NCBI GenBank assembly: GCA_965153455.1
Contig: OZ234493.1
Span: 6,686,213-6,750,212 of the forward strand
Direction of reading: 5' to 3'
Source: Sphagnum compactum
Lineage: Eukaryota
Length of the DNA stretch: 64,000 nt
The position numbers were made by a program, and so were the translations under genes. Under the pieces are notes generated by a model that saw nothing but the letters and a program-made list of their open reading frames with translations, was not told the origin of the DNA and did not search any database. The first letter of the stretch is position 1; the number at the start of each line of letters is the position of its first letter. This document shows positions 13,090 to 24,194 of the stretch, piece by piece.

Positions 13090-13208
13090 GGGCCAAGGCA
13101 AATTGACCCCCACATTGGGATCATGGTAAAAACTCAAAAACCCACATTTAAAATGGGTTTTGGGGTTTTTACCATGATCACAATGTGGGGGTCAATTCGC
13201 CCTGGCCG
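13090..13208. mobile_element. ~119-bp hairpin MITE with a 10-bp target-site duplication (Mutator-like)
   Basis: GGCCAAGGCAAATTGACCCCCACATTGGGATCATGGTAAAAAC ... GTTTTTACCATGATCACAATGTGGGGGTCAATTCGCCCTGGCC. Flanks are TTGTTGCCAA and TTGTTGCCGA. A related partial copy lies at ~1916-1993. Confidence 0.8.
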
Positions 13209-13785
13209 TTGTTGCCGAGTACTACAATAACCAGTGGTTCATTTTTATTTATTTTTAATCAAAAACAAAGAACCACAAAAGGTGTCAGGTATTTGGAAAA
13301 AAGAAAATCAGAGAATCAAAGAACCAACGAGTTGCAGTTACTTCAAAACCCTCACAGAACCTCCGGGTTTCATGAAAGAGCGTATAATCTTCCGGGCAGT
13401 GATTTGACGTTTAAAAAAAATGAGAGCCGTGATCGTATATCAAAAACGGGTATTTGATTTGTTTTCAATAACCATGATTGTGTATCAGAACCGGGTATGG
13501 AATTTTTGAGAACCATGATCATGAACCCGGTGAACTGCCCTGATACCCGGAGGGTGTTTGGTGCCGTACCTACTGACCCACGGAACACGGGGGTTATTTT
13601 CGTCAAGTCGTATGGATAGGATCCTAGATACCACTGAAGATACCCATTTCCACGTACCCGGCCGGAGGAAAAGCATCAAGAAAAGAAGAGAAAGGAAAAG
13701 CAGTCCCGGAGTCAAGACTGCAGAGCCGCGCGTCTTTCCGCGCCGGTGAGGCGCGGGTGGTGACCGGCAACGGGGTAACCGGCAG

Positions 13786-13800
13786 CGAAGCGACCGTTGG
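13786..13800. promoter_or_regulatory. Candidate MSA (M-specific activator, AACGG) elements upstream of the UVI4-like gene
   Basis: GACCGTTGG (13792-13800) reads CCAACGGTC on the minus strand, and a GCAACGG lies at ~13767. Both sit in a GC-rich patch ~1.1 kb upstream of the ATG. The motif is short and could occur by chance. Confidence 0.3.
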
Positions 13801-14009
13801 GCGCGCTTACATTTCAAATTCAAATCCAACCAAGTCACTGCACCCGCCTCGCAATTTCCGGGGAGACTTTTTTTACCCTGTTTCACCTTCTTTCACCCGC
13901 GCAAGCTCTGCTTTTCTTACCACCTGGATTTATTACACGGCCTTTCTCCAAGTTTAACCCAACGTAACCTCGACGAGCGCGTCTCCGCTTCAATGATTTC
14001 TTTTTGAGT

Positions 14010-14230
14010 CAAAATGGCGATCACCCATACGACTATTTAGCCAAATGTGGCTATAAACTAAATATGAAAGCAAAAAATTTCAAAAATCTTTCTATATTTT
14101 TGGCTACCTAATTGATCCTTGATACATGTATAAAAATCTGGCGCTTTTTCTTAAATTTCGGTCGAATTCTGGCTATTGAAAATCTGAATAACCACTTGAT
14201 TTTAGCCCTTTTAATTTTATTACCGCTTTT
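14010..14230 (+). repeat. Dispersed repeat family, copy 2
   Basis: TGGCTATAAACTAAATATGAAAG..TTCTATATTTTTGGCTAC..GGCTATTGAAAATCT, similar to 12565-12725 and 54470-54685. Confidence 0.65.
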
Positions 14231-14874
14231 TAAAATCTACATAGCCCAGCTTCTTTTTTTCTGGGCGAAACAATTTTCGCACTGTGGCGACAAAAAAAAA
14301 TCGGAAATTTTTGGGGAAAAAAAATAGTGTGCATTCCAAAAAAGATTGCCAAACTTTTGAAACTACAAAATTGGAAAGGAAAAAGGAAAAAAAAAAAAAA
14401 AAAAACCCAGATATATAGCCAGAAAAAAAAAAGAAAAAAAAAGAAAAAGGCATGCAAGTCCGCCTCCACGAACGCCCCCCGCGCGCGCTCCACTGCAGTT
14501 CAAAATCGAATTCCACGCATATGTTTTCGGCAGCGATCTGCAGAGCTCGCACAGTCTCCAGCTTCTGTCGTCGATTTGTTTTCATTTGCTTGGATTTTTC
14601 ACTCTCTAGTTGTTTGGTTTTTCGGTTTTCCAAACTGCGCTTGTGAAGCTTGAGAGTTGGAATCTTGAGCTTTCCTGAGCTACTACTATTCACGTATGTG
14701 TTTTGGTGTTCTTGGCATTAGGGTTTGAAAGCAGAGAAAGAGCAGAAACTGTGTGTGTATGTATGTATGTGAGGCGAGGGAGGTGAGAGGAGACGTGTGA
14801 GTGTGTGAGAAAGAAGAAGCTTCAAGAAGGTGGGTGGGACTAGAAGTCATTTTCTTCTTCTGTGTTTTCCAACG

Positions 14875-15913
14875 ATGAGTGGAGATGGGGAGCCATCCTC
14901 TGATGGGAAAGGAGGTGGTGGTGGTGAATTGGCTTGGAGAAGGCCTGCGGAGGCCAGTAGGCAAACGCGGCACTTGAGCAAGTTCATTGCGCAGGATAAG
15001 GAGAACATTTTCTTCTTTCCCGGTAATAACATTGTGGAGCCGCTGCAGCAGAGGAGTCCGTTGCCTGTGGGATATCCTCGGGTGCCGTTGCAGGATATCA
15101 CTGCGATTCTGAGCCCGCTCAATGTATGTTCCGTTTCCGCTCTTTTCTTGCATGATGATCTTTGGAGCTCGGTTTTTTTCTTTTAGGGTGGGGCGGGTTT
15201 TCTTCTTTTGTTTCTTCATCTTGCTTGTTATCCAAATTGGGTTTCTTTTCCCTTCCGAGACTTTTTTTTCACAATTTCTTAGTTTATATCCGCGTCTCCT
15301 GGTTTCAGATATGTCTGTCTCTGATCAAATATAGATCGATGAAGATGCAGACTGAACTCTTTCTTGTAGCAATTGCCCTAGTACATTGTTCAAGTCTGAC
15401 ATTTCTAATCGTTTCTTCCTACAGCAACCAAGGGGGAATGGCGATGAGGGTGGTGAGGGACACAAGAAGCCCAAGCTGCGAAAAAGTCGGAAGAAGCCAT
15501 TGCGGCCATGCCCTTCACTGGTGGAGGAGTCGGCTGCCGTTTCATCCTCAGAGCAAGTACAGTCCTCAGAACAATACACATTGACGGTGACGGAGACCGT
15601 TTCTGCCGTACCCAAGCTTTCGGGAATTACGGCGACTGTCAGCAGCAGCAGCAAGATTCAAGAACGGAGTACAAGAGAGGAGATCGTCTTGGAGCTCGGT
15701 GTCAACGAGTCTGATAAACGCTTTGAGGCCGCTGCTGAAAGTTCTGTAAAAACCCAAGTGAAAACAAAAGCATCATCTCTAGTGGTGACAGCTCCAAGTC
15801 CTCCGCCAGCGAGAGGTGCAGCGCCCAGATCGCCAACTAGCCGTGAATCAAAGAGGAGGAAACCACATACAACAAAACCAACTCCTGGGCAGAATGTAGC
15901 AAGGTTTCGATAA
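14875..15913 (+). CDS. UVI4: UVI4/OSD1 (POLYCHOME/GIGAS CELL1)-like APC/C inhibitor, 2 exons (14875-15123, 15425-15913), ~245 aa
   Basis: An in-frame GT..AG intron spans 15124-15424. The protein has DKEN, the family-like signature RSPLPVGYPRVPLQDIT (D-box RxxL; compare LPSWYPRTPLRDIT), a low-complexity middle and a C-terminal ..ARFR tail analogous to the MR tail. Confidence 0.75.
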
Positions 15914-17176
15914 GGTTATCGACAGTTTCTCTTCACACTCTGCCCCCCAGCTTCCATTCATAATGGGTTGTGAATATGTTCCAAAGTAAAAAACATATCT
16001 TCTGCTTCTGAAGATTGTCAGGATCTGCCTTACATTCAGAGTCTTTCAGATCCCTCTGTCCAAGGAAGACTGTAGTACTAGTGTCAGGTGCTCTCAATCT
16101 TTTCAGAGTCTTTACAAGAAAACTTTCAAATCCCTTCACCGAGGGACTGTATTTTCAGACTCCTCTACTCAAGGGGGCTGGCATGCATGTTCAGGTGCTC
16201 ATCATGTGTCTCACAAACCTTCAGCTCCTTATAAGCAGGGACTGTATGTTTAGGGTTTAGCAAGTCTTTACCACTTCCTGCGGCCCATGTCACTGATGGG
16301 CTAGATGTTCTTATTCAAGCTTCTTTGAAATGTGCTAATTTACTTATTCCTATGGATCTATGCACTCAAGATTTGGAAATCTGTGCTAATTGTGTCTACT
16401 GTCTTGATTTGGGATGCAATAGTGTTTTGGGGGTTTAGTTTTGTCACAAAGATTTGTGCTGCAGGAAAGCTGATGTATTTATTTTCTCTGGTGAATTGAG
16501 ATCTAGGAAATTCTCAGTGCATCACATGCCTCTACAGAAGCAGGCAAGTGGGTTGTAGTTGGTAATGGGTGATGAGAGGTTTGAGATGCAGCAGAGTGAT
16601 GGGGGTTTTTGTTTTGTCACAATAATGTTTATGCTGCAGGAAATTGATGTATTTGTTTTCTCTGGGGAAATGAGAGAAATTCTCAGTACATCATATATGC
16701 CTAGGTTTCCGATCAAAGCAGGTAAGTGGGTCAGATGCTGCTGCTGATGCTGCCTAGAGAACATTGTTAGGGTAAGGATAGAATGTGCCACGAGCAGAGT
16801 TCTGAGAAATTGGGTGAAGTTATCAGAACTGGCTCTAGCTTTGATTTATTCACCGTTCTGTGTTCAAATTGATGAACCAAATAAGCTTCCCCTAATTAGC
16901 AAGCAGCTTGTATTGGAGGCAAGGTGAGTCACACATCTGAATCTCAACAAAATCTGAAGAGATGCTTAAAAAAAAGACTGCAGGGGTTCTGAAGCCTAGA
17001 ATTACTATTAGCTATATTTGTCAACAAAAATGTGTCTAATCTCATTGACTTTGTAATTTCCCCGTCTGTCATGAAGCTTTTGGAAAGTTGAACTCTGTTT
17101 TCTGTATTTTGATTGTTTACTATGTTGAAGCTTAATTGAGCAAGTTTCTGTTGAATTGAATTGCTTGCTTAGAGTT

Positions 17177-20100
17177 CTAAGTGCTATGTCTTGGGTCTTG
17201 TCGTAAGGCCCCTCCTAGCTCTTGAGGAACCAAGGGAACTAGAGACTGAACAACATCTGCTATGAGAGGCCTGTAGCTTGCTTCTGATTGCACACATAAC
17301 ACTGTCACTGCAGCAACCTACATTGCAATCAAGAACCATGTTAGTTGAGCCTCAAATGTGGTAAACAAACAAGAGTTGAATGCTGTTCTTGATGATACTG
17401 CACCTGGTAAAGATGCTTGAAGTTGACAGTTTCCCTTAGATAAGGGTCGATGATCTCCAATGTTTCCTTTCTGTCTGTTAGGGACTGGGTTGCCTGCCAG
17501 CAAAACACTGCTTGTATGATTAACAGCGAACAATAACTACTCAAAAGTGTGAAGAAAATTAACTACTTCAAGAAAGGTTGATCTTTGCAGATTGCTACAA
17601 CCCTACAGTGAAGGGTCTTCTCTATGCATCTATATATACTGGCTTTGTTCTGCTATATTTGCTGAGCCTAGAATGTTAGTGTATGCAGGCATCACGGCTT
17701 GTACCTTAGTGTGTACCTGGTATTTATCAGGCTGTATAAACATCACTTCATAGTTATGTTATGAGTGTATGTAGTATGTACCCATTTAACAAGGCACTGA
17801 GATCCTTGAGCTTTTGTTGAGTCTACAGGTGGTCTTCCTGTCAGAAGCTCCAGTAAGACTACTCCAAAGCCATAGACATCGCTCTTCTCTGTCAATGTCC
17901 CTGCACAACGATCAGGCTGTTTGTTTTCAATTTTGTGATGTACCCACACTGGGGATCATCCACACGAGGAATTAGTCAACTTTTGGCCACATGTCAAAGA
18001 GGAAAGTGGAAAGTTTTAAGAATCCTGCTCTAGTTTTGCAACTTGCTGGAAATGTAATGTCTAAATATGGCAATTTCAGAAATTGTCCTTGAAACTTTGA
18101 TGCATTTTTTTGACAGAGAGCCTCTCTGAGACACACTGAATTTTTTTTTCTCCCCAAACACAAATGCAATGTGATGGGTGTCAAAAATCCTCATCAAACT
18201 TTGTGCATGGAAGGTGTCCCTCCTCATCAGCAGAACATAATCTTGTATGCAGTCTTGAAAGTGGTGGGAATTGATTACCATCCATCAAGTACTCTGGAGC
18301 CATGTAGCCACATGCTCCTGGTACTTTCTTTCTATTTTCATCGAGCAAGCTTGCTTCTGGTGCAGCCAACTTAAATCCAAAATCTGACACCTGGAACAAC
18401 AACAGATAACTACAGTGGAATTCAAATTACAGATTGAATTTTTATTTTCTTTCCTTTGGGTCACATTAATTTTGAGCATCTTGGGTTCCAATCACAGTCT
18501 ATTTGGTAAAGATAACAAAGTAGCACTACTTGATAGTCCTATCTCTAGTATCTACCTTAACATTTTACACTGGTGGAAAGGACACATTCTGGGTCAAGGA
18601 TTCAGCTGAAATCCTGAGCTTCACAAGGTATCAATGAAATGTGGGCAAGTGCCATTTTAAACAAATGCAACAGAAAGTGTTGCAGCAAGAAGACCCTATC
18701 ACAACTCTAAGCAGCAATACAGGATAGTAAATTTGAGGTTGGTTGTGCTCAAATAACCTTTGCATTAAATTGGGAGTCGAGAAGAATGTTGGAGGCTTTG
18801 AAGTTTCCATGGATGATTGGAACCTTAGAATGTTCATGCAGGTGCTCCAGCCCTCTGTCATTGCAGCAACATCCCACATTGAAGAAGGAACAATGTAGAA
18901 GGATGGCTACAAATGTGTGTATGCCTAAAAGCACAACAACAAAAACAATAACAACTGGTGCTATTAATGACCAAGATGAAAACATAAAATTATGCTTTTC
19001 ACGGAGTTCTAGACTGAATATTTCATGATTCGTCTGTTCCATTGAAGGTAAACCTAAACCCAACTATGCTTTGGTCTGTAGAGTTGGACAGAAAGATAAA
19101 TTAATCGTTACCGAGCAGCTTCTAGTGCAATTTTGAGGCGAAGCTGCCAATTGAGCATGGATCCATGTGAAGGACCTTCATTTATCCACAAAACATCAGA
19201 GTTAGGTTAGGAAGATTTTGGACCCAACAAGATAACGACCCAAAATCTGTGCCCAGTTGATTCTCTTTGCAAATTGAAATGAGAATACAGGCAGCAGTAG
19301 TACTTTGAACAAACAGTCACAGAATGAGCAATTGAGGCAAAAACATAAACAGGAAAAACAGAGAATTAGTTATCCACATATGAAAACTTTGGCAGAAGTG
19401 AAGATTCACAAGGATCTGTTGGAGCACATCATCAGAATACATGACGGCAAGCTATCAATGACATTGACTAGATGCATCATGAAAGAAAACTGTTCACCTA
19501 ATGTAGACAAAAGACTGTGTGGAGTTGTCTTTACCATGAAGCTGATCATGAAGTGAACTGTTTTGCATTAGCGCATGTACCAGCAGATGCTGAGGTCCAT
19601 CACAAGAATAGCCTAAAAGTGGCATCAAATTTGGGTGTTGTATTTTGCTTATCAAATCAACCTCCACCTGTATTCAAATCAAGCCAAACAAAAATTTGTG
19701 ACCGGTGTTGCATTTATTCATTAGTAATTATGAATAACTCTTCTATTATCTTCCATTTCTCTTTCTACATGAAAAAATATACCTGACACAAAAATGATTT
19801 TTGAGCTCGAAAACATGAGCTTAAATCTCCTCTGTTTGATGCTTTTGCCATATGTTCAAAATGCAAATTGGACATCTTAGTTGAGGCTAAAGAATCTGTT
19901 TTTTCTTGGAATTCTCAGAAACCTGTCTTATTGTTCATAACATATGCTTCATGGAACATGCTGTAGAGCTTGCATGGCTGTGAGTGAACAGTAAGTACCT
20001 GAAAATTCACTCCAGAAATCTTCTCTTCCTCTTCCACTCTCCTCACAGTGACAAAGATATCATAATCAAGCTTTGCTTTGTAGATGTGTCCAAGCCTCCC

Positions 20101-21019
20101 CACTCCCAGCAAATTTGAGGAGCTGAAATTATCTGTTGCAGATTGCAGTAAGGAGTATGCAAGGGAGCAAGGAGGCAATAATGCTTGTTCTCCGCCCCTT
20201 CCACATCCATTCAGGCTTTGGAGTTGGCCTAGCCATGCACCAAAGCCTCTTGACCCTGCAAAACAGGTCAGTGTGCTCAAGATTTAAAACTCTGCTTCTC
20301 TCACTCATATCTCATTTCATGACACAAAAAACGCTTTCTCTTTAGTTTGTTGCATGCTAGGACCACAACCTACTTGGAGATTTGGAGAGTTCAGTGTCCA
20401 GGTGGTGTTGCAATGTGGCCTGGTTTGTCCAAATTGGCATCAGTTGGGTATTGTCTGCACATCTCCATATCTGACTTTTGCAAATCCAGTATAGAAACAC
20501 TGGGACTGCCAGCAGAAGCAACAGTGAAGGTGGCAGAATGATCAGCAGTAGCCGCCTTGTGCTTATATCTTGGGACTTTCTTATAGTATCTGCTGCTCAT
20601 CAGACCCAAAAAAAAACACCCAAACATGCATCAGTGTCACAATAACCTTCTTGAGGATGAACCTTTTTTTTGCAACCTATTGGCTTTGGATATGATGTTA
20701 CAGAATTGAACAAGTGGAATTGCGCCTTACAATATGGAGTTGCTGTTCTTGTCCTGCTTTGAAGAACCAATCTTGCACCAGATTGCTTGATCCCTGAAAC
20801 CTCCTTTGTTGGGAGATTCCTGTTGTTACCAAAAGAGGATCCATCATGAAGCTCAAAAGGTTGAATTTCAAATGTTGGGCTAACCGAAGTAGAACCTAGA
20901 GTTGGAGGCAAATACCTTTTTTCTGGTGAAAAATACCCATGGACTAACTCCAGTTCACTAGTGATCAACACAGCAAGGAAGAAGATGACTCTGAGATTGC
21001 CAGTGATCATTCTGGCCAT
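17177..21019 (-). CDS. Single-pass receptor-like (pseudo)kinase, At1g80640/At2g25220-like, 10 exons, ~505 aa
   Basis: Exons 21019-20731, 20589-20374, 20255-19999, 19667-19535, 19175-19112, 18854-18758, 18390-18279, 17900-17782, 17493-17404 and 17317-17177 splice in phase at GT/AG. The protein has a signal peptide, a TM segment ([22 protein letters not shown]), the kinase motifs DFG, GYMAPEY and [17 protein letters not shown], and the family C-terminus [24 protein letters not shown]. Confidence 0.9.
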
Positions 21020-22464
21020 TTCCCTTCTCTATATTGCCCAATTCAAAAACCATGCTCGTGTGAAAAAAAAATATCAAGAGGAGAAGATGAAGATGCTTGA
21101 TTTTTGGCTATTGTTCCAGAAATTTTTGCCAAATGGCACAATCTTCCTGCTGAGTCTTCAATTTGAATCTCTGCACCAACAAAAAGGGAACTGTGTCAGC
21201 TGTTCCTCACTCCTCTTGTGCACTGAAATTTCAGTTTCTTGCTCTACAGATGATATGTCGGTGGCAAAAACTGACTTCTGACAAGACTCCTTCGGAGTCC
21301 AAAGAGAGGGTTTTGTGCTACCATCAAATTTGTTCTGGCTGGTCAAGAGAAAAACTCAGCTGAAGCTGAGAGAAAGCAGGATGGGAAAAAGGAGAGAAAA
21401 ATCTCACGTGGGTTGTTGATTCTAAATTCCTTTCAGCTGAAACTCATCTGGGAGAAGGGCATGGAAATGATGCGAATCCCCAGAAGAAGAGAACTAGCAA
21501 TCAGAAGACCAAGGGACGAGCTGAAAGCTTAGAAATTGGACATATGGCAGAAAAGATGAACCTTTTGTTTGGAAAATGCAGGAGGATCCGATTCAGCTAC
21601 ATGGGTGCTCAGCTACCGACTCCTCTTCCTTGAGCTTCCTATTTCCAAATGCTTTTAACCCCATGCCCAAATTACACACAATTCTGAAGTTTCATCTGTC
21701 GCGTATCCACAGCTTCCTGAGCCTCCTCCTCCTCCTCCTCATCAGCAATGCCTAACAACTGTAGTACCTTACACATCTCTCAGCCTCCTCAGGTTCTCTG
21801 ACTCCAAGGTCTGAAAAAAAAGCCTTCGTGGTTCTAGAGAAGAGATTATGAACAGGATGCCACTGCAGAGGACAGAGATTGAGAGACTAATTCAGGGACA
21901 AAAAAACAGGCAAACATCAAAGCCCACCAACATGACAAAAAACAAAAGAGACACAAGAAAAAGATGGAAGATTTCCACATACAAAAATGGTGAAGCCCCC
22001 TAAATAATGCCCACAAATTAAAAATTAAAGCTATTTTATTAATGTAGTTAATTAGCAGTTGAACCCAAGTTTGATTTGCTTCTGAAAATTCTTAAACACC
22101 AATAAAGTGTTGATTATAATGAACAGCAATTGAATAGCCAAAATAAATAAGCTAGGCACAAGCAAATTAAGTACTAAAAATATATGTGATCAAGCCAAAA
22201 TGTGGAAACAACAAAATCATACCAAGTGCTTACCTATGATGGACTAGTTGCATCATAGCAGAGAAAGGAACAAAACGAGCTAGCAACAGTCTGAACTCAT
22301 TGTACACAGTAAAGTTATTTGTAAACTCACCCTCTCTTTCACCCCCTATTCTCTTTGCGGTCACCCCCTATCCCCTCTTTGAGTGGTATCTGCAAAGTAA
22401 GGAAATTTTATTAAATCTTAGTATGAAATGCTGAAATTGAGCATTTAATGCACAAGGTTGGAGA

Positions 22465-22607
22465 GTAATCATAATAGTTGTACAAGTAGGAGCAGTCAAA
22501 ATATATGTAGCAGCAGTGAAGGCGCTCAGGGTAAAGAAGGGTAATCATAATAGTTGTACAAGTAGGAGCAGTGAAAATATATGTAGCAGCAGTGAAGGCG
22601 CTCAGGG
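22465..22607. repeat. Local tandem duplication, two ~67-bp copies
   Basis: GTAATCATAATAGTTGTACAAGTAGGAGCAGT.AAAATATATGTAGCAGCAGTGAAGGCGCTCAGGG at 22465 and 22541, with one mismatch. Confidence 0.9.
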
Positions 22608-23692
22608 AAAAGGAAAGACGGGATGAAACTCAGTTTACCAACAAAATTAGTGGAAAAACTAGTTTGAGTCCCAGTTATTTCGGTTTGTAAAATTCCATTC
22701 CCAGTTGAGCATTTGATGCCCTAGTATGCCAAAATTGGCCGTTTTCGCCCCCTAATCGCCGACTTTAGGGATAACTTTAGTGTCCTTGCAATTTGATCAC
22801 TGCTAAGACTTGTGGTGTAATTAGTGGTAATTTAGAGTGTAATGCTTCCATATTAGATCAAGCATTGGGATTCCACAAACAGAGATATACAGACACTATA
22901 TATATCTATGTACTTATATAATTATAAATTGAGATGTATTATCACCATCAGTTTTCTATTAACTTATGAGTTGTTGGTTACCCAATAATATGCAGTCTAT
23001 GGAAAGATGTTAAGAGTTCTTCTTCATACTGTCTTTCTTTCCAGGGAAGAAAGTCAGGTTTGGAAGCACTTGACTATTTTGTGTATCTGTTAACTGCAAG
23101 TAGACATCATTGCAGTCTGTCAAGAAGGGTTTCTTACAAGTATGTGTCAGTTGCAAGAGCCCCAAAACAGACACTGGGTAGTAAGTGCCGAAGAAGATGA
23201 TGAGGAGAAAGGGGTATGCCCATCCATGCCCCTACCATCATCACACAGGGTGTGCAACATCCGTGAAATAGGATATCCTATTTCAATGTTGTCCAAGCAC
23301 TACAGGCCTTCTTGGTTGTCAGGCTAACTAATTGCTTGTCTAGCTCTGTTACAAACTTTACAAACTTGCTCCATTCTGCATGTGCTCCAATCTGCAACTT
23401 TTGCTGAACACTGACAATACTGGAAGAAACTAGAACCTTTTAACTTTTGTTTCAATCCTTGAGGTCAGGGGACTCTCTCTCCCCTCTGTGAATGATGATT
23501 TGGGAGAGAAGGGGGGAGAGAGGGGTGGTGTCAATCTTCATCCCAGTAAGTAGTTTTCTCCCACCAATTTTGAACTAAATCACAACTAATCACTGAATTT
23601 GCAAGATTAGACAAAAGGCCTGTCGGGTCTCTCTCCCAAGAATTTGCAACAAGAAGAAGAAAGTATGCTTACTTCAAATTTGGAGAAACTTA

Positions 23693-24073
23693 AGCCCACT
23701 TTACACTAAGAGTCAGGGCCAAAAAAACTTGAGGCCAACTTTGAGCATTTTGGGGTTGCAAATTCAACCCCAAGTTACTAATAAATGCTAGAACATTGAT
23801 GTCAGGATATTAATAAATGCTGGAACATTGGCCCCAAGGGTTGCAAATTGGCCTCCCAAATTTGATTGTATCCTTTTTCCAGCCTTGGAGCCAATACAAG
23901 GCCATAAAGTTCAGCAATTATTAGTACTTGGGGCAGATTGAATTTTATTTTATTTTTCTATTTCAGCCTTGACTCCTTGTGTAAAGCCCTGGGGGCTGAT
24001 TTCAACTTTTGCACCAATAGGAATGTTGGATTTGGGGTGAACATTGGCCCTGACTCCTAGTGTAAAGCGGGCC
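23693..24073. mobile_element. PIF/Harbinger-type (Tourist-like) MITE, 381 bp
   Basis: TTA|AGCCCACTTTACACTAAGAGTCAGGGCCAA ... TTGGCCCTGACTCCTAGTGTAAAGCGGGCC|TTA: a ~30-bp TIR with a TTA target duplication. Confidence 0.85.
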
Positions 24074-24194
24074 TTAGATGCACTTCTCAAAGCCACTTCC
24101 ATATGCTGACTCCTGTCGGACAGGCACGCATGCTTAATTCTGAAGAAAAGAGCAAACTAGCTAATTAACCCAAGGTGTCAGGTGTGGTCTAGTG

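Noticed and set aside
13185..14693. Short ORFs including the poly-K and poly-F ORFs
   Set aside because: They arise from A/T homopolymers and repeats in the upstream region of the UVI4-like gene.
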